A stretch of 64,000 bases of DNA from an uncultured virus (IMG/VR IMGVR_UViG_3300045911_000603) (taxonomy: Duplodnaviria; Heunggongvirae; Uroviricota; Caudoviricetes). The DNA is taken from IMG/VR virus record IMGVR_UViG_3300045911_000603. One strand, given 5' to 3'. The position numbers were made by a program, and so were the translations under genes. Of the stretch, positions 47,553-56,380 are shown piece by piece; the stretch's first letter is position 1; each line of letters begins with the position of its first letter. The notes under the pieces were generated by a model that was given only the letters and a program-made list of their open reading frames with translations, had not been told where the DNA came from and did not search any database.

Positions 47553-47819
47553 ATGCTACACAAACCAAGCCGCCAACAAGACCAAAGTATCCTGCCATAC
47601 CTCGTCGGAAATGGCGGTTCCTCGCAAGAGAAAGCAACCAAATGCGCGAGGGTTATCCTCTGGATTCAGGCCAAACTCACCGGACTCCAAGAAATGGAGG
47701 CGGAATTTCGGGGCATGGACGAAGGCGAAACCTCCGCCGAAGTTCGCGGATACCGGCTGGCCTTGGAGGAAGTCCAAGAACAACTTCGGGAGGCTCTCGA
47801 AATCCCCAAGGGACTCTGA
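47553..47819 (+). CDS. Small hypothetical protein
   Basis: Packed between rep-like and scpB-like genes. Confidence 0.45.
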   Translation: MLHKPSRQQDQSILPYLVGNGGSSQEKATKCARVILWIQAKLTGLQEMEAEFRGMDEGETSAEVRGYRLALEEVQEQLREALEIPKGL

Positions 47820-47825
47820 AAGAAA

Positions 47826-48455
47826 ATGACCAAGCAAATCGCCCAGCCGCTTCCCCAACTGCTGCTTTGTGCCTTGGTGCGCAAGTCTCCCCAAAGCGTT
47901 TCCGGGTTGATGGCGACCGTCTCGCAGGCAGGAATTCCATGCTCTCCGCAGTCGGTAGAGATGGCCCTGCTCGACCTTGAAACAATTCTCGAAACCTCTC
48001 CACAAATCCCCTTCAGGTTGACCAGATCGGGGAACATCATTTCCCTCGTCGGCAAAACCGATCAGGCGGATATGCTTCTCACGGGAAAAACGATCCAGGT
48101 ATTCATTCCGCTGGAACCAATCGATCTGGAAGTCTTGGCGGTCATTGTCTTTCGCGCCGGTGCAACGCCTACCTCTATCGAAAATATGCTGCGCAAAGAC
48201 CCCACAAAATCCATCGCAAGATTGCACCGAGCGGAATTGATTGCACCAGTCCCCTGCCCTCACGGAACCAAATGGCTCCCCACGGATACGATCAGAAAAC
48301 GGTTCGGTCTCGAAAGCCTGGAGGAAATACCCGGTTACCACGAGTATCGCGCCTACCTGGAAAATAGCCAGGACCAGAAGGCGCGGGCCAAAGCGCAGGC
48401 CGCCTCTCAGCAAGCCTTGCAGCGCAAAAGGAGCAGCAAAAAATCATTCGCTTAG
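47826..48455 (+). CDS. scpB: ScpB-like (SMC kite subunit) protein
   Basis: LEVLAVIVFR...T...IE..LR......L....LI...T....RFGLESLEEIP matches the ScpB C-terminal winged helix. Confidence 0.7.
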   Translation: MTKQIAQPLPQLLLCALVRKSPQSVSGLMATVSQAGIPCSPQSVEMALLDLETILETSPQIPFRLTRSGNIISLVGKTDQADMLLTGKTIQVFIPLEPIDLEVLAVIVFRAGATPTSIENMLRKDPTKSIARLHRAELIAPVPCPHGTKWLPTDTIRKRFGLESLEEIPGYHEYRAYLENSQDQKARAKAQAASQQALQRKRSSKKSFA

Positions 48456-49353
48456 TTGCACCATTCGCATTAGACTCAGGGGGGGAATGATTGACAGCCG
48501 GGCAGGAGAATGCAAGGATCATGGCATGACACCGGAGAAAATCAGCGCACGGAAAAAACGACTCCGGCAACTCAAGGAACAGATCTCGGACGCGAATGCC
48601 CGGCAGGAGGAAAAAGAGCGAGCGGCAAAAATCAAGGCGAAATTGCGGAAGCCTGCGAACAAAATTGGATGCGGTTCTTCACTCGGCGCAGTCGGAGCAT
48701 CCGGCCTTGCGGCCCGGGGAAAAGATAAGGACTCGTTACCCAAGCTCTCTCCACCCGAAGGGTGAGCGCAAGCCCGGACTCGGTGACGAGTCGGCGGCGC
48801 AGGGCGATCCATGCGCCGATCTGCGACTTGGCTCCTTCGTGACGAATCCGAGAAGCATCAAACCCATCCAGATGCAACCGACATACGGCCGTGCCCGAAA
48901 GACCCAAGGACTCCATTGCCAAGTGCGCCAGACGCTTGCCACGTTGCTTCACAGTTTCGCCACCTGGAGCTTCCAGCAGCCTCGGGGAAGGCTCAAGCGT
49001 CCGCAGGAAATCCCCCATCCGGTTCCACACTTTCCTGACATGAGGCGGCCAATCACTTCGAGGCCCGTAACGCTCTGGATCGAAGCGCAATACTCGGGCC
49101 ACGGAGCTGTAGTGATTGACAGACCGGGGATAACGAACCCGCAGGAATCCAAGAAAATCCTCGAAAGGGAACGCAAAATCAGTCAAGTCGGCCTGCATGT
49201 AGGGCTTGATTACTTACAAAAACGCCATTTCGTTGTGCGCGGAAAAACCCTCCATTTTGCCGAAGATCACGATTTTTCCATAAAATACTGCCAGTAAAGA
49301 CCTTACAAAACAGGAAAATCAGTTCGGTCGGGCGTTTTTTCCGGCATCATGAT

Positions 49354-50648
49354 AAATGCGCGAGGAAACCCACGGCTTCAGCCGTGGGAGGAATCGCGCC
49401 TCCTTTTGTGGTTGACATGTTCTGAAAAATTTATAGTTTCGGTTTGTATTGAAAGCCATACGGATAGTCAAAATCAAGTTTGCCGGAGATATCGCACATT
49501 ATAATACTACGTGCGCACACTACCTTTCGGCTCTGAACTGGATCTCTCCGATTGTTTTCAGCAGCAAGGAATTGAACTCCCGGAAGCTGCACAATCAGTT
49601 CTATGGTGCTGTGCGAGAGAAGTTCAAGCTTCCCTCCCAGTTGACCTGCTCGCTGTTTCGACAAGTAACTGCTACTTACAAAACGGCCAAAGCCAATAAT
49701 CGCTGGCGACTGGCGATCTACAAAAAGCCTGCGGTGCCAGTCACCTACCGGCGTGACTTCTCTAGGAACCAGAAAGGCGTCACAATACTCGGGAAGCCAG
49801 TTGAATTGATCGGCCCCAAGGTTCCTGACTCCGGTTGGAAGGATTCCAAGATCAAACGTGTAGGCAACCAGTGGTATTTGATTCTCTCTCACGAGATCGA
49901 GATCCCAGAACCAAAGATTACAGGTTGCATTGTAGGCGTGGACTTTGGCGTAAAACGCCTCCTGACCGCTACCAATTCTAACAATCAAAAGACATTTTTC
50001 TTCAAAGGCGGGGAGTTGAATCACCGTCGTTTGTGCATCCGGCGCACCCGCGCCGCTGTCCAATCCGTTGGCACCAAATCTTCCAGACGCCTGCTCCGCA
50101 GGATGTCCGGAAATGAGGCAGCCGTAACGGGGCACCTCTTGCATGTCGCCTCCAAGGCATTGGTCAGCTACGCGGTTGAAGTTGGGGCGCAACGGATCGT
50201 CTGCGAAGATTTGAGCAACGTGCGAGACGCCTCGCTCAAAAAAGGGAAAGACCTCAGATCCAAAGTCCACCGCTGGCCCTACGCCCAAGGTCAGTTCTTT
50301 ATTGCCTACAAGGCGGCAGCGGCGGGTATCGGGTTTGAGCGGGTCGATCCTCGCAACACCAGCCGGGGCTGCCCCCGGTGTGGTTACGTCTCGGCATCCA
50401 ACCGCAAGGGCCTGCACTTCAAGTGCGGCCAATGCGGACATCAGGATGATAGCGACCGCAACGCCTCTGAAAACATTCGTCTGCGGTCTGTTCTGGCTTC
50501 GCAATGCGATGACAGAACGGGGAGCACTAAGTCCCCTCTTGAAATCTGCGACCCGTTGATCTCGGATCTGGAGTGTTCGGTTATTCGACATTCTGGTTTC
50601 GGTGTAGGGTTGGGATAAACCCCATGGCTTTAGCCGTGGGATACTTAG
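49354..50648 (+). mobile_element. IS200/IS605-family element, tnpB only (IS1341-like)
   Basis: Subterminal hairpins CCCACGGCTTCAGCCGTGGG (49369-49388) and CCCATGGCTTTAGCCGTGGG (50621-50640); no tnpA; exact ends approximate. Confidence 0.85.
49449..50618 (+). CDS. tnpB: TnpB RNA-guided endonuclease
   Basis: RuvC-I GVDFG, RuvC-II VCEDL, Zn finger CPRCG/CGQCG, RuvC-III DRNASENI; upstream TTGACA-N16-TATAGT. Confidence 0.92.
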   Translation: MKAIRIVKIKFAGDIAHYNTTCAHYLSALNWISPIVFSSKELNSRKLHNQFYGAVREKFKLPSQLTCSLFRQVTATYKTAKANNRWRLAIYKKPAVPVTYRRDFSRNQKGVTILGKPVELIGPKVPDSGWKDSKIKRVGNQWYLILSHEIEIPEPKITGCIVGVDFGVKRLLTATNSNNQKTFFFKGGELNHRRLCIRRTRAAVQSVGTKSSRRLLRRMSGNEAAVTGHLLHVASKALVSYAVEVGAQRIVCEDLSNVRDASLKKGKDLRSKVHRWPYAQGQFFIAYKAAAAGIGFERVDPRNTSRGCPRCGYVSASNRKGLHFKCGQCGHQDDSDRNASENIRLRSVLASQCDDRTGSTKSPLEICDPLISDLECSVIRHSGFGVGLG

Positions 50649-51105
50649 CAAAGATGGAACGCTTGTTCACCAAGCGAATCTTGCTTGGCAAATCGGCGGG
50701 GATCGCCTGCTTCGCGGCCAACAGGGATGCGGCCCGAATAAGCTCCGACAGGCTTGGTTCCCAAGATTTATCTTGGGAATGAGATTTCAGCCGTCCAGAA
50801 AGTTTCTGCAAGGCGGCAATCGTGTCACCTGCTAGGTAGATGGTTGTTTTCACCCCTTTGCCTTTACTCCCTTCGCCAGAGGAGGGTTGGGTTCCTGCGG
50901 GGGAGGGGGCAATGGATTTCTTCTTCTCGGCTTCGCCCACTGAAAGATCATCCAGGGGGGTTGGTGCAGAAGTGGGGGGAGTTTTCTCCTCCGATGCTGC
51001 GGGCATTTTCGTCGCAGAGGATGGATACGGCGGGGTTTGATGGATCAGGTTTCCAACCATGCTCTTGAGGAGCTTGGTGGTTTCCGTGGGCGTGTTCTTC
51101 GGCAT
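50581..51105 (-). CDS. Ribbon-helix-helix partition adaptor (ParG-like), 3' end replaced by the IS right end
   Basis: Disordered N-terminus, KTTIYLAGDTIAALQKL...SLSELIRAA; directly downstream of parA. Confidence 0.65.
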   Translation of the reverse strand: MPKNTPTETTKLLKSMVGNLIHQTPPYPSSATKMPAASEEKTPPTSAPTPLDDLSVGEAEKKKSIAPSPAGTQPSSGEGSKGKGVKTTIYLAGDTIAALQKLSGRLKSHSQDKSWEPSLSELIRAASLLAAKQAIPADLPSKIRLVNKRSIFAKYPTAKAMGFIPTLHRNQNVE

Positions 51106-51115
51106 ATAGTAGGAT

Positions 51116-51935
51116 GTATGACGGTGTGACAGTATGACGAATTACATGGCAAGGATGTTTATGGCAACCTTCTGAACCTCATCTTGGGCATAACGATTGA
51201 GGGCTTTCCAACCCAGCACAGCAGCCATCTGGTATTGCGTCCGGTGACGAAGCCCGCTTTCCAGAGGCAGACAGGGCCAGGACTCAATCAGTTCATCCCG
51301 GTTCTCGGACAGGTTGTTGCGAATGATCTTGTTGAATAGGATGCGCACCCGATCCGTGGAGCCTCGCAATTCCTTGAGCAGGTGGACGGTCTGAAAGCTG
51401 GTGGCCAGATCAAGCGGGGAAGGGCCGACCACCACCACAACCTTGCCAGCAACCCGCATGGCTTCCCTGGTTGGCTCGTAGTCCAAACGAGGGGCGGTGT
51501 CGTAGATCACCTGCTGCGTATCGGGTCCAATCTCGGTGGGAAGCCCGATTTGTTTGGCAGCGGCCAGCGCAGAACCTTGAGGATCATGGTCAAGAACCGC
51601 GACCGATAACCCACAATGACGGAGAGCTTCGGCAAGTAGAATGGTTGTCGTGGTTTTCCCCACCCCGCCCTTGCCGTTCACAATAGCGATAGAAGAAACA
51701 GAGTTCACGAGCGGATGATACGCAGCAGGTGCCGGCCAACGACAAGTAAAAAGTATGACATCGCACCATGCGCCGTCATACTGTCATACGAATGACGGTA
51801 TGACAAATGCTCCGCAGGAGATAATTGTCATGGGAAGGTCCAAGCAAGCGAGAGTGCTATTTCGATGCGAGCTTGGGAACAGGGTCAGACGGTGATATGT
51901 ATGACAGATTACCATCCTACACGCCACCGTCATAC
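51116..51935. promoter_or_regulatory. Clusters of GTATGAC/GTCATAC repeats flanking parA (candidate centromere/operator)
   Basis: Copies at 51116, 51124 (variant), 51132, 51753, 51775, 51783, 51798, 51899, 51929; several at 8-bp spacing. Confidence 0.6.
51142..51708 (-). CDS. parA: Type Ib ParA partition ATPase
   Basis: KGGVGKTT, LDHDPQGS, YDTAP; short, no N-terminal HTH. Confidence 0.9.
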   Translation of the reverse strand: MNSVSSIAIVNGKGGVGKTTTTILLAEALRHCGLSVAVLDHDPQGSALAAAKQIGLPTEIGPDTQQVIYDTAPRLDYEPTREAMRVAGKVVVVVGPSPLDLATSFQTVHLLKELRGSTDRVRILFNKIIRNNLSENRDELIESWPCLPLESGLRHRTQYQMAAVLGWKALNRYAQDEVQKVAINILAM

Positions 51936-52569
51936 ATGCGCACGCCTTAGTCCTCGCAAACGCCACCTGATTCTCAGCTTTATCTCCTGCGGCACCATCC
52001 AATTCGCAGGGAGGCGAAAGGACTGGTTGAGCCGTCGCTCTCTCATGGGGCTGCAAATTGGAATAGTCCAGCGAGAAGGGTTCCCAATCCAGTGACGGTG
52101 GTTAGTCCCATGCCTACTATGGTGGGATATGGATCGGTCCATCGAGCGATGGAGCCGAACAAAAGGACTGCGGCCATTTGCGCAATCAAGAATCCTACCC
52201 CAAGGATTAAACCGATTCCGACAATGATGATGCCTGCTGCAATCATGGATCGAAATCCTTCATCGCACTCCAAGAGTGATTTGTCACTCCTGAAATACAC
52301 CCACGGCTAAAACCGAGGGGGAAGTCTTGCATCCATGATTGCGGAAAATTCGCGCACCCCTACCCCGGGGCATAACAAACGTCGGCCCGTGCCTATGCAG
52401 CAATCAGCCAAGGCCGGACTGAACTCTTCTCGGAGTGATCGACAGTGTGTTCTAAGACGCAGCGAACAGCCTGGATCGAAAAAAGGTTTGCTCCCCATGC
52501 TTGGGTGGCACCAGTCAAGAGGGGTGGAGGGTGGAAAAAGTGTCAAGCGTTCTCCAATTTCATGCAGTA

Positions 52570-52731
52570 TCATGTAGTAACTCGTAGTAACGCATAGTAA
52601 CCCGTAGTAACGGATAGTAACAGATAGTATCGGATAGTAACGGATAGTAACGGATAGTATCGGATAGTAACGGATAGTATCGGGTAGTATCGGATAGTAA
52701 CGGATAGTATCGGATAGTATCGGATAGTATC
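52570..52731 (+). repeat. Array of about 16 10-bp units (CGGATAGTAW consensus)
   Basis: Seen directly; unit CCCGTAGTAA is the reverse complement of the 45790 array unit. Confidence 0.92.
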
Positions 52732-52734
52732 TAA

Positions 52735-52775
52735 TGAAAGTAAGGTGCGTAGATCTTCCTTGCGGGAAGATTTGC
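52735..52775. other. Candidate oriT
   Basis: Immediately upstream of relaxase; AAGGTGCGTA resembles the R388-type nic-proximal sequence; hairpin ATCTTCC-TTGCG-GGAAGAT. Confidence 0.35.
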
Positions 52776-52814
52776 CTTGCGGAACCCCTCGCGCCAAATC
52801 TACGGTCCCTTGCC

Positions 52815-54083
52815 ATGCTCAAGATTCGCTGCCGCCATGATGCCGGTCCCGCAGCCAAATACTTCACGCAGGACTGCAACCTCTCGGCCGAGGAACGTGT
52901 AGGAACCTGGGGCGGCAAGCTGGCCGCAGGATTAGGTCTGCAAGGTGATGTTGACCCCAAGGACTTCCTCTCCCTCCTGCACGGGTTCCACCCCAAGGGA
53001 TTTCCCATCTGCGCCAGGCTCCATGTCAATCGACGATCCGCTTGGGAAATTGTCCTCTCCCCGGATAAATCCATTTCTATCGCCGCTCTCGCTTCCTCCC
53101 CTTGGAAACAGGCGGTTCAGGACAGCTTCAACGAAGCTGTCCGCTCAACCTTCCAAGTCGTTGAAAGCCTCGCTCACGTCCAAGTCGCCAATGCCCGAAA
53201 ATTCGCACCCACCAAAAACGTAGCCTGCGCAGCCTTCGTTCACCACCATAGCCGCGATGGTGACCCGCACATTCACGCGCATCTCCTCCTCCTCAACTCA
53301 ACCTTCGACCCTCGCTCGCGCCGCCTGCGATCCCTCGAAGTCGAACCCATCTACAAATGCCGCCAGCCTCTTGGCGAAATCTTTGACCGCGAGTTGGCTC
53401 GCTCCCTCCAGCTCCATGGCATCCCTGCCACCCTCTCAGAAAAAGGCGTCGCCATCATTCCCTCCGTGCCCTCTTCGGCCATTTCTCGCCTCAGCAGAGC
53501 AAATCAACGCATTGAAACCCACACCAGAACAGCCAGCGGCCTCGCACTACTCAAAAGTCTCAACCGCCAAAACGCCATCAATCGCATCAATGATCGCACT
53601 CGCCCCAAAAAATCCCAAGCCCGCATCATCCAACCTGATGAAATGCTCACCCGCCACGAACTCCAGTCCATGCTGGCCGGGGCAGGGGAGGGGAGATTGG
53701 ACCGCTTCGCCGCCGCGTCTCCGACCAAAGCAAAAGTTGATGTGAACCAAGCGGTGCGGGCAGCTTTCCTCGCAGACGCTTTCGAGCTAACGCCGAAAAC
53801 CGCCCTGCGTGCTGCCGTTCGCGCCTCCCGGTCCAACCTGCAAATCCCTCTCGGGGACTTTCTGGAAGCCGCCAAGGAACTCAAGCCACCTGGCCCTTTT
53901 CTCCCAAGCCGGTCGAAAATGCCAATTCACCTTCTCCACCTGGCCCACAACCTCGCAACTTCCTCGAAGGAGGAGTTTGCTCCCGCCGAGGGCATTTCAA
54001 CTCAAGCCGATCCCGAGATTCCCGTCACCCGCTTTGGTTCCGTGGATGTTGAGCAAGGTTGGGATGATGCAATTACTATGTAA
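52815..54083 (+). CDS. MOBF (TrwC-type) relaxase without helicase domain
   Basis: MLKI...AAKYF, WGGKLAAGLGLQG, SPDKSIS, HHHSRDGDPHIHAH; ATG at 52815. Confidence 0.88.
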   Translation: MLKIRCRHDAGPAAKYFTQDCNLSAEERVGTWGGKLAAGLGLQGDVDPKDFLSLLHGFHPKGFPICARLHVNRRSAWEIVLSPDKSISIAALASSPWKQAVQDSFNEAVRSTFQVVESLAHVQVANARKFAPTKNVACAAFVHHHSRDGDPHIHAHLLLLNSTFDPRSRRLRSLEVEPIYKCRQPLGEIFDRELARSLQLHGIPATLSEKGVAIIPSVPSSAISRLSRANQRIETHTRTASGLALLKSLNRQNAINRINDRTRPKKSQARIIQPDEMLTRHELQSMLAGAGEGRLDRFAAASPTKAKVDVNQAVRAAFLADAFELTPKTALRAAVRASRSNLQIPLGDFLEAAKELKPPGPFLPSRSKMPIHLLHLAHNLATSSKEEFAPAEGISTQADPEIPVTRFGSVDVEQGWDDAITM

Positions 54084-54176
54084 GAGGTAGGATGTCATAC
54101 CTATTACAATCAGAGAATTTGCCTTGGATCAACACCAGAAAGCTCCAATGGCTCTTCTCAACATGGAAAGCTGATT

Positions 54177-54806
54177 CTACAAGGAAGGTCGAGCTGCCCA
54201 GAATGTGATCAGGTAGAAGTCATCCAGCATGAACTTGTGGTAGGTCCAGAAGTAACCCTCGTCATTGTCGTAGGACTGGGCAATTCGACACATTCTCATA
54301 AGAAAATCCGTTACCTTGAATGAATTTGGGGGGCGATTTGATGGCAGAATTTTCCGCAATCGTGACCAAGGATCCTCTCCAATCTGTCTGTCCCCCATCC
54401 GGGTTATTCTCGGAAGGGATGCAGCCACGTCTGAAACATAACCAATCCAACGCATGTAATCGCCGGATTTATCAAGACCCTTGTAACGGGCTTTCTCTCG
54501 AAGATGCCAGTATTTCCAGTAGTAGATTGGTGCGGCAAGGTCGAAATGTGTGGTGTTCTCCATGAACCGATCAACCGCACTGAAATCATCCTCCGGCGCA
54601 AGAATACTTTCCCATGCAGCTAATACACATGCCAGCTTCCTCTTGAACGTGCCAGAAACAGCGAAAAACGAACTCTGACTTGTCGCCAGATTCGTCGCCG
54701 GAGTCGATGCAAGAAGCGCATCAATTACCACAATTGGACGAAGATTGGCTGGAACTTCATTGCTTGCTGACATACATGGGAAGGTTAATTTACTAGAATC
54801 TAACAC
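54177..54806 (-). CDS. Hypothetical aromatic-rich protein
   Basis: 209-aa ORF, lower GC; start uncertain. Confidence 0.45.
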   Translation of the reverse strand: MLDSSKLTFPCMSASNEVPANLRPIVVIDALLASTPATNLATSQSSFFAVSGTFKRKLACVLAAWESILAPEDDFSAVDRFMENTTHFDLAAPIYYWKYWHLREKARYKGLDKSGDYMRWIGYVSDVAASLPRITRMGDRQIGEDPWSRLRKILPSNRPPNSFKVTDFLMRMCRIAQSYDNDEGYFWTYHKFMLDDFYLITFWAARPSL

Positions 54807-54808
54807 TC

Positions 54809-55339
54809 ATGCCAAGAGCAATTATTATCATTGACGTCCAGAATGGGTTCATCAATCCGTCCACGGAGCACATTCCCGCCAAGATTAAATCGTTGCTTGA
54901 CGCAGTCGTTTTTGAGCACCGAATCTTCACGCAGTTCTTCAACCCACCCGGCAGTCCCTACGAGGAACTCCTCCACTGGGCACGCCTGCGCAGCGACGAT
55001 GAAGTAGCCATCGTGCGTGAATTACTCACATATCCAAGCATTGTTTTCAAGAAACCAATCTACTCCTGCTTGAGTCCGGATTTTCTTCGTTACGCAGAAA
55101 CACATCAGCTAAAGCAATTTTATCTCGCCGGAATTGATACAGACTGCTGCGTCTTGAAATGCGCAGTCGATCTTTTCGAGCAAGGCTTCAAGCCGATGGT
55201 CTTGGCAGATTGCTGCATGAGCTGTGGAGGCCGTGCGGCCCATGATGCGGCTCTCTCCATCCTGCCCCGCTTTATTGGCCGAAATCAGTTTATCAAAGAC
55301 AGCCTCCTCCACTTCGGAGTAACTCCCTTTGCACAATGA
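54809..55339 (+). CDS. Isochorismatase-family cysteine hydrolase
   Basis: IIDVQNGF, K in FKKPIYS, GIDTDCCV (Asp-Lys-Cys triad). Confidence 0.88.
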   Translation: MPRAIIIIDVQNGFINPSTEHIPAKIKSLLDAVVFEHRIFTQFFNPPGSPYEELLHWARLRSDDEVAIVRELLTYPSIVFKKPIYSCLSPDFLRYAETHQLKQFYLAGIDTDCCVLKCAVDLFEQGFKPMVLADCCMSCGGRAAHDAALSILPRFIGRNQFIKDSLLHFGVTPFAQ

Positions 55340-56292
55340 TCCGACTCCACTCCACCGTTCCATTCCAGAGTCTCAACGCAAGACCCATCAGAAAAGATGA
55401 CATCGAACTCTTTCGGAAACTCTGTTCCGATCCCGAAGTTCGGAAAAACACCTGGCTTCAACTCCCCGAAAGGGTGGATACAGATATACTCCTCCACTAC
55501 TGCTTCAAATCTGGAATCATTCGCTACATCATCGAATCCTCCGACAATGTTCCCATCGGCACGTTCTCCTACCACAGGGTATCCAATGTCCACGCAGCCG
55601 GGGGGCTCTTCCTGCTAGCCGAATTTCGTGGAAAAGGCTACGGGAAAGCCGCCTTTGCCATCCGGGACAAAATCCTCAAGGAAAACGGAATCCGATTTCT
55701 ACGAAACGAGATATTTCAAGACAACATCCCATCCGTCCAAAACAACCTCCGATCCGGAAGTAGAGAATTCGGATGGGGGTCCAAACGCCTCCAACTAAAC
55801 GCAGAAGAACGAATGCAAGCTAAATACCTCTCCACCAGCACACCAATCGGCCGATTGGAAATCACCCCTTTCTGCTCCGAAGATCTCCCTTTCTACCGGG
55901 AAATGTTCACAGAACCCGATGTCCAGTTCCAAACTTACTCCGAATACGACCTCGCTACCTGTCCCGACGAAGATGCCATCCGCTTCCTCATGGCCAACAG
56001 CGAAAGACGCTGGACCGCTTGGCTCAACACCGCTTCCAAAAAAGTCCCGGTAGGAACCTGCCACATCTACGAAACCCACCGGCCCGTCTCCAACTTCGGG
56101 ATTCTGCTCCATACCCCCTGGAGAAACAAAAAACTCGGACAAGCTCTCCTCCAACTACTCGAACGGGCTGCCATCGAACACGATATCCGTATTCTAAGAG
56201 CAGATGTTTTCCTCGAATCTACTCCGGCAATCAAAGTCATGGAGAAAAGCGGTTTTCGCCAACTAGGATTCTACGAAAAATTTATCGCTTGA
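55336..56292 (+). CDS. Tandem GNAT (RimJ/RimL-like) acetyltransferase
   Basis: Two acetyl-CoA motifs FRGKGYGK and WRNKKLGQ; ATGA overlap with upstream gene. Confidence 0.85.
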   Translation: MIRLHSTVPFQSLNARPIRKDDIELFRKLCSDPEVRKNTWLQLPERVDTDILLHYCFKSGIIRYIIESSDNVPIGTFSYHRVSNVHAAGGLFLLAEFRGKGYGKAAFAIRDKILKENGIRFLRNEIFQDNIPSVQNNLRSGSREFGWGSKRLQLNAEERMQAKYLSTSTPIGRLEITPFCSEDLPFYREMFTEPDVQFQTYSEYDLATCPDEDAIRFLMANSERRWTAWLNTASKKVPVGTCHIYETHRPVSNFGILLHTPWRNKKLGQALLQLLERAAIEHDIRILRADVFLESTPAIKVMEKSGFRQLGFYEKFIA

Positions 56293-56380
56293 GAAACCCC
56301 TTGATTTATCACGGATCGGCTTGAGGATCCGGTTGCTTTTTTTTGTTGAGTGACTTTGAACAACCTGCAAGTTTGCAGAA

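Noticed and set aside
48519..49297. Overlapping ORFs between scpB-like gene and the IS
   Set aside because: No recognisable motifs; could not determine the real frame
49431..50651. 406-aa minus-strand ORF
   Set aside because: Antisense shadow of tnpB
45790..52731. 10-bp arrays as CRISPR-like arrays
   Set aside because: Contiguous units with no unique spacers
52307..53074. ORFs with IRYYPILS repeats
   Set aside because: Translation of the 10-bp array and antisense to the relaxase
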